From Tortispora ganteri (Eukaryota), in NCBI GenBank assembly GCA_003707115.1, contig PPNB01000024.1, positions 62,001-126,000 on the forward strand: 64,000 nt of DNA, written 5' to 3'. The position numbers and the translations under genes were made by a program. The notes beneath the pieces were generated by a model that was not told the DNA's origin, did not search any database, and saw nothing but the letters and a program-made list of their open reading frames with translations. Positions 11,112-20,776 of this stretch are shown here, one piece after another. Position 1 is the first letter of the stretch. Each line of letters starts with the position of its first letter.

Positions 11112-12509
11112 TTAATGTGATATCTGAATCCGTGGTGCACTGTGTGCATCAAGAAAAGTTCGGTCGATCACCCATCCTTTTGAGAGCACTGCTTCTCTGA
11201 GGCGGTCGCCCAGTTGCCAAACGAAATCGCCTGTCAATGTGACGAGGTTCGGTTGCGCTGTGTGGGTAATACGCGCAAGCAGGCAGGCGTGTGTCCATGC
11301 TCTGAAGTCCCTTAATGAGTCTGCGGAGGCGCCTTGTTCATGATTGGCAAACAGCGCTATACGGATGTCCATTTCTGTGTCGAAGGAGCACCATATGAGA
11401 TAGCCCCAATGTTTCTGCTGAGCCATGAGATCTTTCAATGTAATTTCGGGGGGCAAAATGTCCAGGACGTTCTTAATTGATGTGAATTTAGCTGTGGCTA
11501 TAGGTCTGCCGTTTCTAGAGATGGCGCTGCCGCGGGCGAGGATGAGTTCGCGTTTAGAGACAAATGACGGAGAGGGTATGAGTCCCTGTAGGTCTTCGGA
11601 GACAACTCTGACAGCGTCAATGACGGCTGCGGGATCGAGGTTCGACCGGAGGAAATATTGTACAGTTTTGTCTGCGAGTGCCTCGACGGCAAGTGTAGTG
11701 CGCTGGCGGTTGAAGGAGGTCATAACAACAGCCTTGACAGCGCGGTAGTTCGTATAGAGATGAAATATAAGCAGAATGATCATGCAGATCCATGTAGCCT
11801 GGTTAGATTGTATGCTGGAAACGACGAGCGAGCCGGCAAGCATACCGAGGAGAGTGATGACGGTCTCCTGGCTGGAGTCCTTGGCGTTGACGTCTGAGAT
11901 GGAACCTTTTGAGGAGTCTGTGAAATGGAGCGTGAGTGCTGCACGAGAGCTGACGCCCATGACGCCACAAACAGAGCGGAAAAGGCCCGATATGCAAAGA
12001 ATCCAGACACGGACAGATTGTGGGAACCATGGAGAGGCCGTGTCGAAGATTATAGCTGTATCATTAGCAAGGTCGGCGGCAAAACGGTACATCTTACATT
12101 CGGGTTCAAGTGCTGCGCCATACTTCCATGCAAATAAAATAGTGGCAAACCTGCCTACGGCGTCCTGTATGATTTTCATGAATAGAGCAGACGTCGATGT
12201 AGCGTCGGCGTCACCTACGCCGACTGCCGCTAGTACTGCGCGATTCGCCAGCAGGTTAGCAATTGTGCTTGCAAATGCCTGAAACGAGTCATAGATCTGA
12301 TAGTTTGTGTAGTCGGAAGAAACAGAATGCGGATACCCGCTCGGTAAGAACACGTCGATCGCCCGGCTCAATGCACGTTGTGACAGCGTGGTCATTGGCT
12401 CTTCTACCTGGCTCCTGTTCCGGCTACCGGCTGGCCCGCGGCTGTATGAGCCTAGCAGCACCCCATTGCTGTCATATTCTAGCACGACAGTATCCTTCTC
12501 TGTGTTCAT
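11112..12509 (-). CDS. RUS1/DUF647 (root UV-B sensitive, C16orf58) family protein
   Basis: Motifs VFLPSGYPHSVSSDYTNYQIYDSFQ, ECKMYRFAADLAND, DVNAKDSSQETV and NYRAVKAVVMTSFNRQR. Confidence 0.9.
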   Translation of the reverse strand: MNTEKDTVVLEYDSNGVLLGSYSRGPAGSRNRSQVEEPMTTLSQRALSRAIDVFLPSGYPHSVSSDYTNYQIYDSFQAFASTIANLLANRAVLAAVGVGDADATSTSALFMKIIQDAVGRFATILFAWKYGAALEPECKMYRFAADLANDTAIIFDTASPWFPQSVRVWILCISGLFRSVCGVMGVSSRAALTLHFTDSSKGSISDVNAKDSSQETVITLLGMLAGSLVVSSIQSNQATWICMIILLIFHLYTNYRAVKAVVMTSFNRQRTTLAVEALADKTVQYFLRSNLDPAAVIDAVRVVSEDLQGLIPSPSFVSKRELILARGSAISRNGRPIATAKFTSIKNVLDILPPEITLKDLMAQQKHWGYLIWCSFDTEMDIRIALFANHEQGASADSLRDFRAWTHACLLARITHTAQPNLVTLTGDFVWQLGDRLREAVLSKGWVIDRTFLDAHSAPRIQISH

Positions 12510-12678
12510 ATCTATCAGGTGTCAGTTTAACGGTGGTTTCCAAACTGATACAGCTGTGATGGTAGATTGGAGGTGTACAAGGCTGTCCGGGGGAGGGTCC
12601 CAGGGTACAACACTATCCATCAACCACAAGCTCATCAGGCAAGTTTGATTACCTCAGCAATCTCAAAAGTTCACCAGA

Positions 12679-13383
12679 ATGGTGCAAGTGATATCGCTAC
12701 AAGGGTCGATCCCGTCGCCGAAAGCGGCGTTTGCATTTCAGGCATTCTGTAGTCTCACAGGTGATACCAACCCGGCAACAGAATTGCTCCACCGGACGGT
12801 ACATGTGCCTAAACAACCAAACAAGAAGCAGACCTCGACACCTCAATTCAAGCTCGTCGTTGAAGCCCCACTTCGATCGCGAGATCCTTGGGGGTTTGAA
12901 AAAGTTAGTACGGAGACAATCAGATCTCTCAATTGGTCTATTATCGCTAGAGATGTGCCTGAAACTACTACCTCTAAACAAGCCCCTGTAGTCGTTTCAT
13001 ACTCCGAGCAGACTAGCAAACTTGGCTGGCGCAGCGACGCCCGCCAAACGTTGGAGTTACTTGGTTACAAGCCGGCACTTGACTACCGCGTTGAACGTGT
13101 GATTTTCGTGTACCGATCTGCCACTGCGAACGCAGTTCCAATCGTTCTGCGTGTCTTCAGACTGCTTGCCCCTCGCGATATCGCCAACCCCGACGGTGAT
13201 TGGCAGCTGCTTGATCCGAGCGGCACCTGGATCGTTGACGCTTCTGTCACTGTCGAAACTGTCACAGACAGAAGCGCTGTCGCTGCAGCAACAAATGCGC
13301 TTCGCAAACTTGCCACTGAACTCAAGCAGGTCGTTGAGCTCTGCGTAACTGATCGCACAGCTTTCGACATGAGAGTCCGATAA
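12679..13383 (+). CDS. SRB5: Mediator subunit Med18
   Basis: N-terminus MVQVISLQGSI, then WSIIARDVPE, LLDPSGTWIVDASVTV, and C-terminus DRTAFDMRVR. Confidence 0.8.
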   Translation: MVQVISLQGSIPSPKAAFAFQAFCSLTGDTNPATELLHRTVHVPKQPNKKQTSTPQFKLVVEAPLRSRDPWGFEKVSTETIRSLNWSIIARDVPETTTSKQAPVVVSYSEQTSKLGWRSDARQTLELLGYKPALDYRVERVIFVYRSATANAVPIVLRVFRLLAPRDIANPDGDWQLLDPSGTWIVDASVTVETVTDRSAVAAATNALRKLATELKQVVELCVTDRTAFDMRVR

Positions 13384-13446
13384 CTTCCCATTATTTACCG
13401 CTACGAAATAACGACTTATTTTAATTCCCTATTGTTACATAGCCTC

Positions 13447-15012
13447 TTACATACGGATTGCTAAACCAGCAGCTTTCCGTTGATTAAGTCTTTTGCAGTT
13501 GTCGTTGTTGCTATTGCGATCACTGCTGAAAAGAGCATTGATGCCCGCCTCCCACACCTCCTTGGAAGCTCGCCGCTGGGCTCTCAGTTTCTCAATATCT
13601 GACTCGTGGATCCACTCTGATTCCAGCAATGTTTTTTCAGCTTCGTCAAACGCGCTATCCTGCAGCTTCATCTTCGCCGTCATATACGACGCCAGAGACT
13701 CCACATCCTCAGGGTCTTCCGCAGTGACGGAACCTGACGCAGAACTTGCAGAAAGGTTCATGACACCCGTAGAGACAGCTGTAAACGTCGTCAGCGTCAC
13801 ATCAGCGTCGGCATTGGTATCATCGCTCGACTCACGTTTCCTATATTTTGTCTCTTCCATTTCTTCTTCGGAATAAAGTGTAGCGGCATACGCAGACAGC
13901 GGCATGGCAGAAGCCAAAGCGGCCTCACAGCCTTGAGGTGCAATAGTGTTGCTCGATCTACGAGCACTGGCAAGTGATCTATCATCTGAAGGACTTGTAG
14001 AAACTGATACTAGCGAAGTAGCTGATACAGCTGCAGCATTGGCCTGCACAGCAACATAAGAAACCAGTTGGTCAGCAACAGATAAACCGTCGGAGACAGT
14101 ATTGGATCTGCTAGTGTGCGAAGAAGAGTAAGCGCAATTTCCACTGTCTGCACCACAGACATCGCCCTGGACGGATGATATCGATTTCTGGCCAGCCTGT
14201 GAGTAGATTCTTGAGTCTACAAACTGCGTACTGTATCTGTCGCTGTAATCAAAGTCGCCAAAATCGGTAAGATTAGGGCTCAATGGAAGAGTTTCTTCGA
14301 CGAAAACCATCGAACTGTTTCCAGGTATTTGAGGGTATGTGGAAAGCGACTTGTACGAATAGTGACGAGTCTCTGTGTTTTTTGAGTTTGAATTATTGGT
14401 AACTGAAGCGGCAAGTGTTTCGTAAACTGAAGCATCCGAGACGGCTGCAAGATAGTCTTCTGAGCTTGAGTTTGCTGCGCTAGGCGTTAAGACTATCGAA
14501 GGAGATGTAGGAGCCGTATGGGCACCATCTACTAACGCGACGTTCTGCGAGGTGATTGAGTGCACAGCCGCCTGGGCCTTGCTGCTTGCTGAAACTGTGG
14601 ATGTCAGAGATGAAGTTGTTGACACAGACAACGATGAAATATGTTTTGTGGCAGAATGGCGAAAAGAAGGTCTAGAGCTCAAAGTAGGCGTTGAGTTTGT
14701 GGATGTAATATTGCGAAAACTGAACGATCTTTTCAGAGAAAACGAGCGGCCAGATTCATCTGATTGTAAGGGAGATTTTATCTGAAATGCATTGGCCTTT
14801 GCGGTATCTATTGGACGAGGTTTATCTGGATGCGGCGACGAGCGCGGAGCAGACGAGGAAGGGGAAAACACTCGAGAATGGTAATCTATTGGTGGAGAGA
14901 GTGGAGGCGACGTACAGGGACTTGATGCCCTCAAAAGACGGAAAAAGTGCTTTGACTTTGATTTTGATTTAAAAGAATTATTTTTCTTGTCGGTAGACGC
15001 TAAAGCTGACAT
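13447..15012 (-). CDS. Ser-rich hypothetical protein with a short helical C-terminal region
   Basis: A 521-aa ORF in a gene-sized slot. No family recognised. Confidence 0.65.
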   Translation of the reverse strand: MSALASTDKKNNSFKSKSKSKHFFRLLRASSPCTSPPLSPPIDYHSRVFSPSSSAPRSSPHPDKPRPIDTAKANAFQIKSPLQSDESGRSFSLKRSFSFRNITSTNSTPTLSSRPSFRHSATKHISSLSVSTTSSLTSTVSASSKAQAAVHSITSQNVALVDGAHTAPTSPSIVLTPSAANSSSEDYLAAVSDASVYETLAASVTNNSNSKNTETRHYSYKSLSTYPQIPGNSSMVFVEETLPLSPNLTDFGDFDYSDRYSTQFVDSRIYSQAGQKSISSVQGDVCGADSGNCAYSSSHTSRSNTVSDGLSVADQLVSYVAVQANAAAVSATSLVSVSTSPSDDRSLASARRSSNTIAPQGCEAALASAMPLSAYAATLYSEEEMEETKYRKRESSDDTNADADVTLTTFTAVSTGVMNLSASSASGSVTAEDPEDVESLASYMTAKMKLQDSAFDEAEKTLLESEWIHESDIEKLRAQRRASKEVWEAGINALFSSDRNSNNDNCKRLNQRKAAGLAIRM

Positions 15013-16690
15013 TTTAGTAACTATATTAGAGCGGAATGGAGAGAATACGCTTGCATGAGATTTTGGTCAAGGTGTATTGTTCAGTGATTAGAGCAGTAGT
15101 GGCTGAATTTTTAGCCCGAACTCGGGAAGTGATCTGATTCTATTTTACCGAAAAAAAGAAAGCGATGACGAGAATGAAAGGAAGTAAAAAGAAATAAAGA
15201 AAGACTATTAGAAGAGAAAGAAAGAAAAGCAGGAAAGTCAATTATTTGACCTGCAATTATTTGCGAAAGTACTTAAAGTTTATTATACCGGTGGGATAGA
15301 ATGGTGTTCTGGAATTTCTAGACCCGTAACCATTATACCAAGAGAATTAGAGTTTTAGAAAAGTACCGGATATCTGTTATAAGACAAGCAATTCCCGATC
15401 TGTAAAAGATAAAGTTCTACAACTCTATCCTCAAAATCAGTTTCCAAATGCACAGGGCCAAGAAATAGCGCAAAATGAGTTTTCATTGGTAATATAAAGT
15501 GCTAGTATTAAAAATATAATTTACGCTTCAAACGCTAGCCCAATAAGTTTAGTGGAAGTTCCATGCAGGTCGCTTAAATTGATAGAGCAGTTTATATGAA
15601 CACTCCATTATCATACCTTAAGATAAAAAAAAATAAGTTATTGGACCTTTTTTATATTATGTCCAAACCTTAAATATGCGTCAACCGCAACACACCGAAC
15701 CTTATTACACCAGGCAACGAGTTTCGAGCAGTTCGCACGGTGCCTGCACTGGAGCAGCTTGTGCTCAAATTTCCGAGAAACTACGCAATAGCTTATGCGT
15801 AAAAGAGCTGAAGTCCGGAGTTAACAGAACATGGCAAACTTTCCTACGACAGGCTTGCAAAATAATCGTCTCAATAAAATCATCAACCATCCATGTGTGG
15901 TTCTTAATAGTTCTAAATTACATTACACTTCTATTTAGTTTAACGTAAACTCGTTAATTGGTTCCTATCTAATCTAAGGAAACCGTTTGCCGCTTTTATT
16001 CGCCTCGGCAGGACGCCAAGGTTTTCCTCTAGCCTCACCCGGTCAGCATTCAAGGCCAATTGTACGGTCTATGTGAATATCCTTATCCCAGTATCTTAAT
16101 GACCCTGTAAGACCGGAATCGATTGGCTGATACAGTGAAATGTTTGCGAATTCGAAAAGACTCTCAAAAAAGAGTTTTGGCGGTTGGGGCGCTACTTTCG
16201 GTTCGTCAAACGCTGTAAGTATAACTTTGCCTTGGCTTGCTGACGTTCGCATGTTCGCACGTTCGCACGGCACAATATGATTTGCAAAATGGTGTATTGC
16301 CCTTTATCTTACTGATCTCATACCTTGAAGCGTGCAATCTAGACCTCATTCGCCGCTATTTCGCTACGTTCAGGCAGCTTTTTCCTTCGACCACCTATAG
16401 GCTACTTGCTGTTGGTCGCCGGTTAGATTTATTGCCGTAACGGATAACCCTAGACCACAATGATGGGACTTTTCTTGATTGGCTAGTTACGCTGAATCAT
16501 TGTGGGCTAGGTTTTGTTTCATCAACCTGCCAGAACCACTGCTAGTCGCCGCCGCCGTCCCACTGCTTCAAGTTGCAATAGGGCTAGTGAAACAAGGAGT
16601 TCTTGGAAAATTTTTGCAGAATTTGCGTTCAGATAGCTGTTCGGATCAGTAGTGGCACTAAATCTAGCGTCATTGACCTACAAAGACAGA

Positions 16691-16972
16691 ATGAACGATC
16701 AAGACCAGGAGGCGCTTAAGCGTTATGGCAAACTACCATCCAGATCTGCGTTTTTGACTCAAAAACTCAAAGACCGCAAGTACTTTGATTCCGGCGACTA
16801 CGCGCTTTCTAAAGCCGGTAAGTCTTCAGATGTAGATGTCACACTTGGTTCTGAACATCCTCATCCTGAAGACATTCCGCATTCGCACGTGCAATCGAGC
16901 AATACTGCCAGCCAGTCTGTGACTGTTCCAGGCACTGTCTCTCGATCCAGCTCGATATCTGGACCTCAGTGA
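16691..16972 (+). CDS. IGO1: Endosulfine (Igo1/Igo2, PP2A inhibitor)
   Basis: RYGKLP and RKYFDSGDYALSKAG (Greatwall/Rim15 phosphosite motif). The first ATG is at 16691; the track start at 16652 is GTG. Confidence 0.9.
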   Translation: MNDQDQEALKRYGKLPSRSAFLTQKLKDRKYFDSGDYALSKAGKSSDVDVTLGSEHPHPEDIPHSHVQSSNTASQSVTVPGTVSRSSSISGPQ

Positions 16973-17159
16973 TTTTATATTCTGCTTTTTAAAGCTCTAG
17001 CAATTAGTATTCACATGATCAGAATAACAATGAAAACATCTTCTCAGATCTCTCAAGTTCAAAATGCACGTTTTCCTAGTTCATTGCCGTTTAATTGAGT
17101 TTGCCCTTTGCTTACATCTTATTTCTTAATGAATAACGTGCTCTTAGTTGGAATTGTAG

Positions 17160-18782
17160 TTATAATTTTGCTTTATCCGCGGCCGTAGCAGCTTTGAACC
17201 GCGCACTTGTAGCTTCGTCATTTAGATCAATGCTGTTTTTAGCTTCACTGTTGCCAAAGAAGACAACTGTGACCGTTAAGTCGTCCCGATAACTTCGAGA
17301 AAGAGGCGAGGGAATCGAAAGCATCATTGCAACCTGTTCTATGTCACTACCACCTAGTGCATTCCTTACCAAATGGGTAGCGGCATTCTCGTCTTTTACT
17401 ATGTAATTTGTGCTAGACGAGCCTTTGCCTTCTTTGCGGATAGGCGGTTTGCCCGGATTGTTCTGAACGACTTCGATATCTTCGGGTTTTGGCGGAACAG
17501 ATGGCCCGGATCCCGAGACTTTGTTCCATACCTGCGAGAAGAAAGACGAGCCTTGAGTGTCTTGAGCAGCTGCAGCGGATTTGCCAATTTTGTCCGGGTT
17601 CTGACTGATCCATTGTGCTACTAGACTGACCACTTCTTCGTTACTAAGCATCTCAAAGAGACCATCAGATCCCATAACTAGGAAATCTCCATTTTCAGGT
17701 ATAACTTTGTAAGACGTGACTACGGGTTTGGCTGTCACATATGGCGGGCTCTTTAAAGCCGGTGGCGATCTGCGCCCAAAGAATGCCTGGGCTATTTGCT
17801 GTTGCACCTCGTAAGTCCACTTGTATTTGGCGTCGCCAAATGCCCGCGTAGGTTCAAGAGATCCCAGCACGCGGCCATGTCTGATCACAGTATTTTCCTC
17901 GCCAGGATGCTCTGCGTGCAGACGTTTTACTTCTGACGGGTTAGACCCGGTCTGGTCTTCCGAGAGCACGACAGCTTTCCATGTACCATTGACTGGATTG
18001 CGCGTGCCCAGGACGGCCCTAGAGTCTCCAGTGACAGCGACGCGCAGCATAGAAGACTGGGAGTCGTAGAATGCAAGAAGTGCGCAGGAACCTGAGAGCG
18101 CCGGAGCCAGGAAACGTGCAGCTTCTTTCTTGTCCGCCTGACCGAGAAACTTCGAGATGGAGCTGTAGACGAGTTCCTTGTCGAGGTTGACGAAGCCATT
18201 AGCAAGTGCAGCGTCAATGACTTCCGGAGACGGCATTGCACGGGTAGTTTTGTCTACTGTGTAAGCGAGATCAAGTTCGCGGACGACGTAGTCGATCAAG
18301 AGGTCTCTGAGCTTAGCCGAAGTGGTCCAGCCGCCGTGGCCGTCATAGACGCCCCAGAACATCCAGTCAGTCGAAGTGGTGGGCGCAGAGCCTAGTTCAG
18401 CGTTACCAAGGTTTACCCTGACAACCTTTTCGCTATGGTCATCCTCTATAGGTGAGTTCGAGGGTAGTTGGACGATGTCGTAGCGGGAAACGCCGTTGGC
18501 CATTGAAACGTAGTAGGACTGTTGGAGTTCTGTTAGTTTGGCGTTGGCGGCGTCCGGACTCATCGTGGATATAGATGATTTACGCTGAACAAAAGAAAGT
18601 TGGTCGAGATTGATAGGCGGTGACGACGCCTGTTTCCATACAAGAGCGGAGCAGCCGACTATCAGGGCTAGGCCGCCGTACTTCCAATGACGACGTAGAC
18701 GATTTGTGGAAAATGAGCCTGTGACTGAGGAGAAGGAGCGTCTTGTTGCCCTTATGAAGCTAAAAGATCTCCAAGCGCTCAT
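17160..18782 (-). CDS. PTC5: Mitochondrial PP2C, pyruvate dehydrogenase phosphatase
   Basis: Motifs PSNSPIEDD, WGVYDGHGG, TGDSRAVLG, RAFGDA, MGSDGLFE and RDDLTV. Presequence plus TM segment. Confidence 0.9.
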   Translation of the reverse strand: MSAWRSFSFIRATRRSFSSVTGSFSTNRLRRHWKYGGLALIVGCSALVWKQASSPPINLDQLSFVQRKSSISTMSPDAANAKLTELQQSYYVSMANGVSRYDIVQLPSNSPIEDDHSEKVVRVNLGNAELGSAPTTSTDWMFWGVYDGHGGWTTSAKLRDLLIDYVVRELDLAYTVDKTTRAMPSPEVIDAALANGFVNLDKELVYSSISKFLGQADKKEAARFLAPALSGSCALLAFYDSQSSMLRVAVTGDSRAVLGTRNPVNGTWKAVVLSEDQTGSNPSEVKRLHAEHPGEENTVIRHGRVLGSLEPTRAFGDAKYKWTYEVQQQIAQAFFGRRSPPALKSPPYVTAKPVVTSYKVIPENGDFLVMGSDGLFEMLSNEEVVSLVAQWISQNPDKIGKSAAAAQDTQGSSFFSQVWNKVSGSGPSVPPKPEDIEVVQNNPGKPPIRKEGKGSSSTNYIVKDENAATHLVRNALGGSDIEQVAMMLSIPSPLSRSYRDDLTVTVVFFGNSEAKNSIDLNDEATSARFKAATAADKAKL

Positions 18783-18973
18783 TGCACTAATTTAAATTTA
18801 GATTAGTGTGTTAGTCCTCGAAAAGGAGGACTGGTGCAAGGCGAACGGAATTAGGAGTGTGTGGGGGTGTTGGTTGGATAGTAGAAGGTGGCAGGGTGGC
18901 AGCAAGTAGTAAGGTTTTCGTATGTTGGTTTTCGAGCACAAGTCGCAGTTCGAAGTTAACCACAAGGAGTGTA

Positions 18974-19261
18974 ATGAAAGTCACAGTGGAAGTCGGCGGC
19001 GGGCTAGAAATGATATTTGGCGGCAAAAGAAGCCAGGTGATAACGTTTAGCGGCGGCAGTATGCAGGAGTTGTTAGATTATATAGCAAAAGAGGTCGTGG
19101 AAGACCAATTGAAGCTGGACGTTTTTATCCTCGACGGGACCGTCCGTCCCGGGATCTTAGTCTTGATCAATGACTCAGACTGGGAACTGGAAGGCGAGTT
19201 GGAGTATGAAGTGCAGGACGGCGACCACGTGTTGTTTACGTCGACGCTGCATGGGGGTTAA
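18974..19261 (+). CDS. URM1: Ubiquitin-related modifier Urm1
   Basis: MKVTVEVGGGLEMIF...VRPGILVLINDSDWELEG...TSTLHGG*. ATG at 18974. Confidence 0.95.
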   Translation: MKVTVEVGGGLEMIFGGKRSQVITFSGGSMQELLDYIAKEVVEDQLKLDVFILDGTVRPGILVLINDSDWELEGELEYEVQDGDHVLFTSTLHGG

Positions 19262-19303
19262 TGAGCGATTTTGGGCTTAGCAGCTTAAAGCGATATGCAC
19301 CCG

Positions 19304-20143
19304 TTACTTTAGCAAGACTGGAGGCAGATAGCAGGTCTGCGAGTAGCGAATAGTGAGAGTGCGCAATAGAGACTCGATCGATTCTTTAGTAGTGTCCTGA
19401 GATTGCGCGATGGTCTGCGAGAAGACGGCCGGCTGGTCTTTGGAGAGTAGCAGGGTTGCAATGGTTTCGAGATACGAAGCCTTAGAGATCATAGCCTTGT
19501 GGAAACCTGGCACAAATAGCAGCGGCATGTGCCTAGAAAACTTGTCCTGGATGAGGGACCTGAGCGCTATGTCAGCGAGCGTAATGACGGAGGGGTCGAT
19601 ATCGTTCTTGAGGTTGGAGTAATAGGTGAGTGTGATGTTGATAGAGTCTAGATTGGCGACGTTATCCTGCTGGAAGGAGGAATAGTAAGAGTTCATTCTG
19701 CAGGAGAAGGAAGCGCGGGATTCGAATGTGTGGAGGGAATCTTCTGACAGTTCAGCGGTCATATCAAGAGTTGACCAGAGTTCTGAGTTTGTGATGGAGC
19801 TGATGAGGTTATCTGAAGCGTTACGGAACATTTCGCGGCCTTCGCCGTGGAGAACTTCTTCGGGAATCGGATCGTTCATGTTGAGAATCTTGCTTGCACG
19901 GTTGCGGAGACTACGTATTGTCTGCTTCTCGCTGCCGCTGAGTATACAGGGCACCCAGCGTATAGTGAAATTGAACTTGAAGGGATGCTGCGCGAGCACT
20001 ATGAAGTCCTGCCAGTCGTAGCGGCGCAGCATTTTGTGACCTGGATATGCGTTATTCCATTCGAACGCGGTATCTAGCAGGACCGTGTTGTTGACGTCTT
20101 CGATCGCAAATGATCGACCGGTGAATGTCACTTTTACTACCAT
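19304..20143 (-). CDS. Hypothetical protein, tentatively CENP-L/Fta1-like; may extend 5' to ATG 20387
   Basis: A 279-aa ORF. Resemblance to fungal CENP-L is weak and judged by eye only. Its start overlaps the AIM19-like start codon. Confidence 0.55.
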   Translation of the reverse strand: MVVKVTFTGRSFAIEDVNNTVLLDTAFEWNNAYPGHKMLRRYDWQDFIVLAQHPFKFNFTIRWVPCILSGSEKQTIRSLRNRASKILNMNDPIPEEVLHGEGREMFRNASDNLISSITNSELWSTLDMTAELSEDSLHTFESRASFSCRMNSYYSSFQQDNVANLDSINITLTYYSNLKNDIDPSVITLADIALRSLIQDKFSRHMPLLFVPGFHKAMISKASYLETIATLLLSKDQPAVFSQTIAQSQDTTKESIESLLRTLTIRYSQTCYLPPVLLK

Positions 20144-20756
20144 GTCCCAGCCGTATATAGATATAAGAAAAGCAGCTGAGTCTCCTTATCCCGCGTGGTT
20201 GTTTAGCGGGCTGTGTAAGTAATTTATCTGATTGCAGCTGATGCGCCGTTTTTCGGTTTGTTTGTTCTGCGTTTCGCCGTAGTGGGTGCTTTCCGTTGGT
20301 GTTGTCAAAGGTAGCGAGGCGGCTCGTCAAACTGCTGCAGGGGCGAGCATGCACCACAACGTCGATATTTGGTGACAAACTACTCATAAAACATACAGAA
20401 TCTAACTAATAATAGTGATTGGAACGGGTATTCGAAGAATACCTGCATATGTGCCCAAACCGTGGCAATGTGGCGTCTTTGGCGCTGCGTCTGCCTTAGG
20501 AGGTAAGTATTACCCAGTTCGTCTATCGCAGATGCAGCAGCGGCCCGCACGAGATTCGTAATTAACAAATACAGGATTTATGATATTTGACGGTGACGTC
20601 CAGGACGGTTCAGGTTTCACGTCCGCATGGAACCTACTGTATGTTATAGTTACAGGCCGACAAAGCGTCAAACAGCTGAAGCCGTGGCCCTTTCTATTAA
20701 TCGGTCTGGCTTCGGCAGACGCGTATATTTACGGATCGAAATTTGTGCTCGGCTAG
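20142..20756 (+). CDS. AIM19: AIM19-family small membrane protein (113 aa); exons 20142-20214, 20416-20502, 20575-20756; not in the ORF track
   Basis: The spliced product is MSQPYIDIRKAAESPYPAWLFSGLLIGTGIRRIPAYVPKPWQCGVFGAASALGGFMIFDGDVQDGSGFTSAWNLLYVIVTG...AYIYGSKFVLG*. Both introns have GTAAGT donors, CTAAC/TTAAC branch sites and YAG acceptors, and both keep the frame. Confidence 0.85.
20215..20415 (+). other. Intron 1 (201 nt) of the AIM19-like gene
   Basis: GTAAGT ... TCTAACTAATAATAG, phase 1. Confidence 0.85.
20503..20574 (+). other. Intron 2 (72 nt) of the AIM19-like gene
   Basis: GTAAGT ... ATTAACAAATACAG, phase 1. An in-frame stop occurs if it is retained. Confidence 0.85.
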
Positions 20757-20776
20757 ATATGCAGTCACTAGTTATG

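Noticed and set aside
15676..16440. Short ORFs in the long divergent intergenic region
   Set aside because: No motifs, and no splice signals linking them into a plausible gene.
20427..20443. Hairpin GGTATTC-GAA-GAATACC
   Set aside because: It falls inside AIM19 coding exon 2, and a 7-bp stem is expected by chance.
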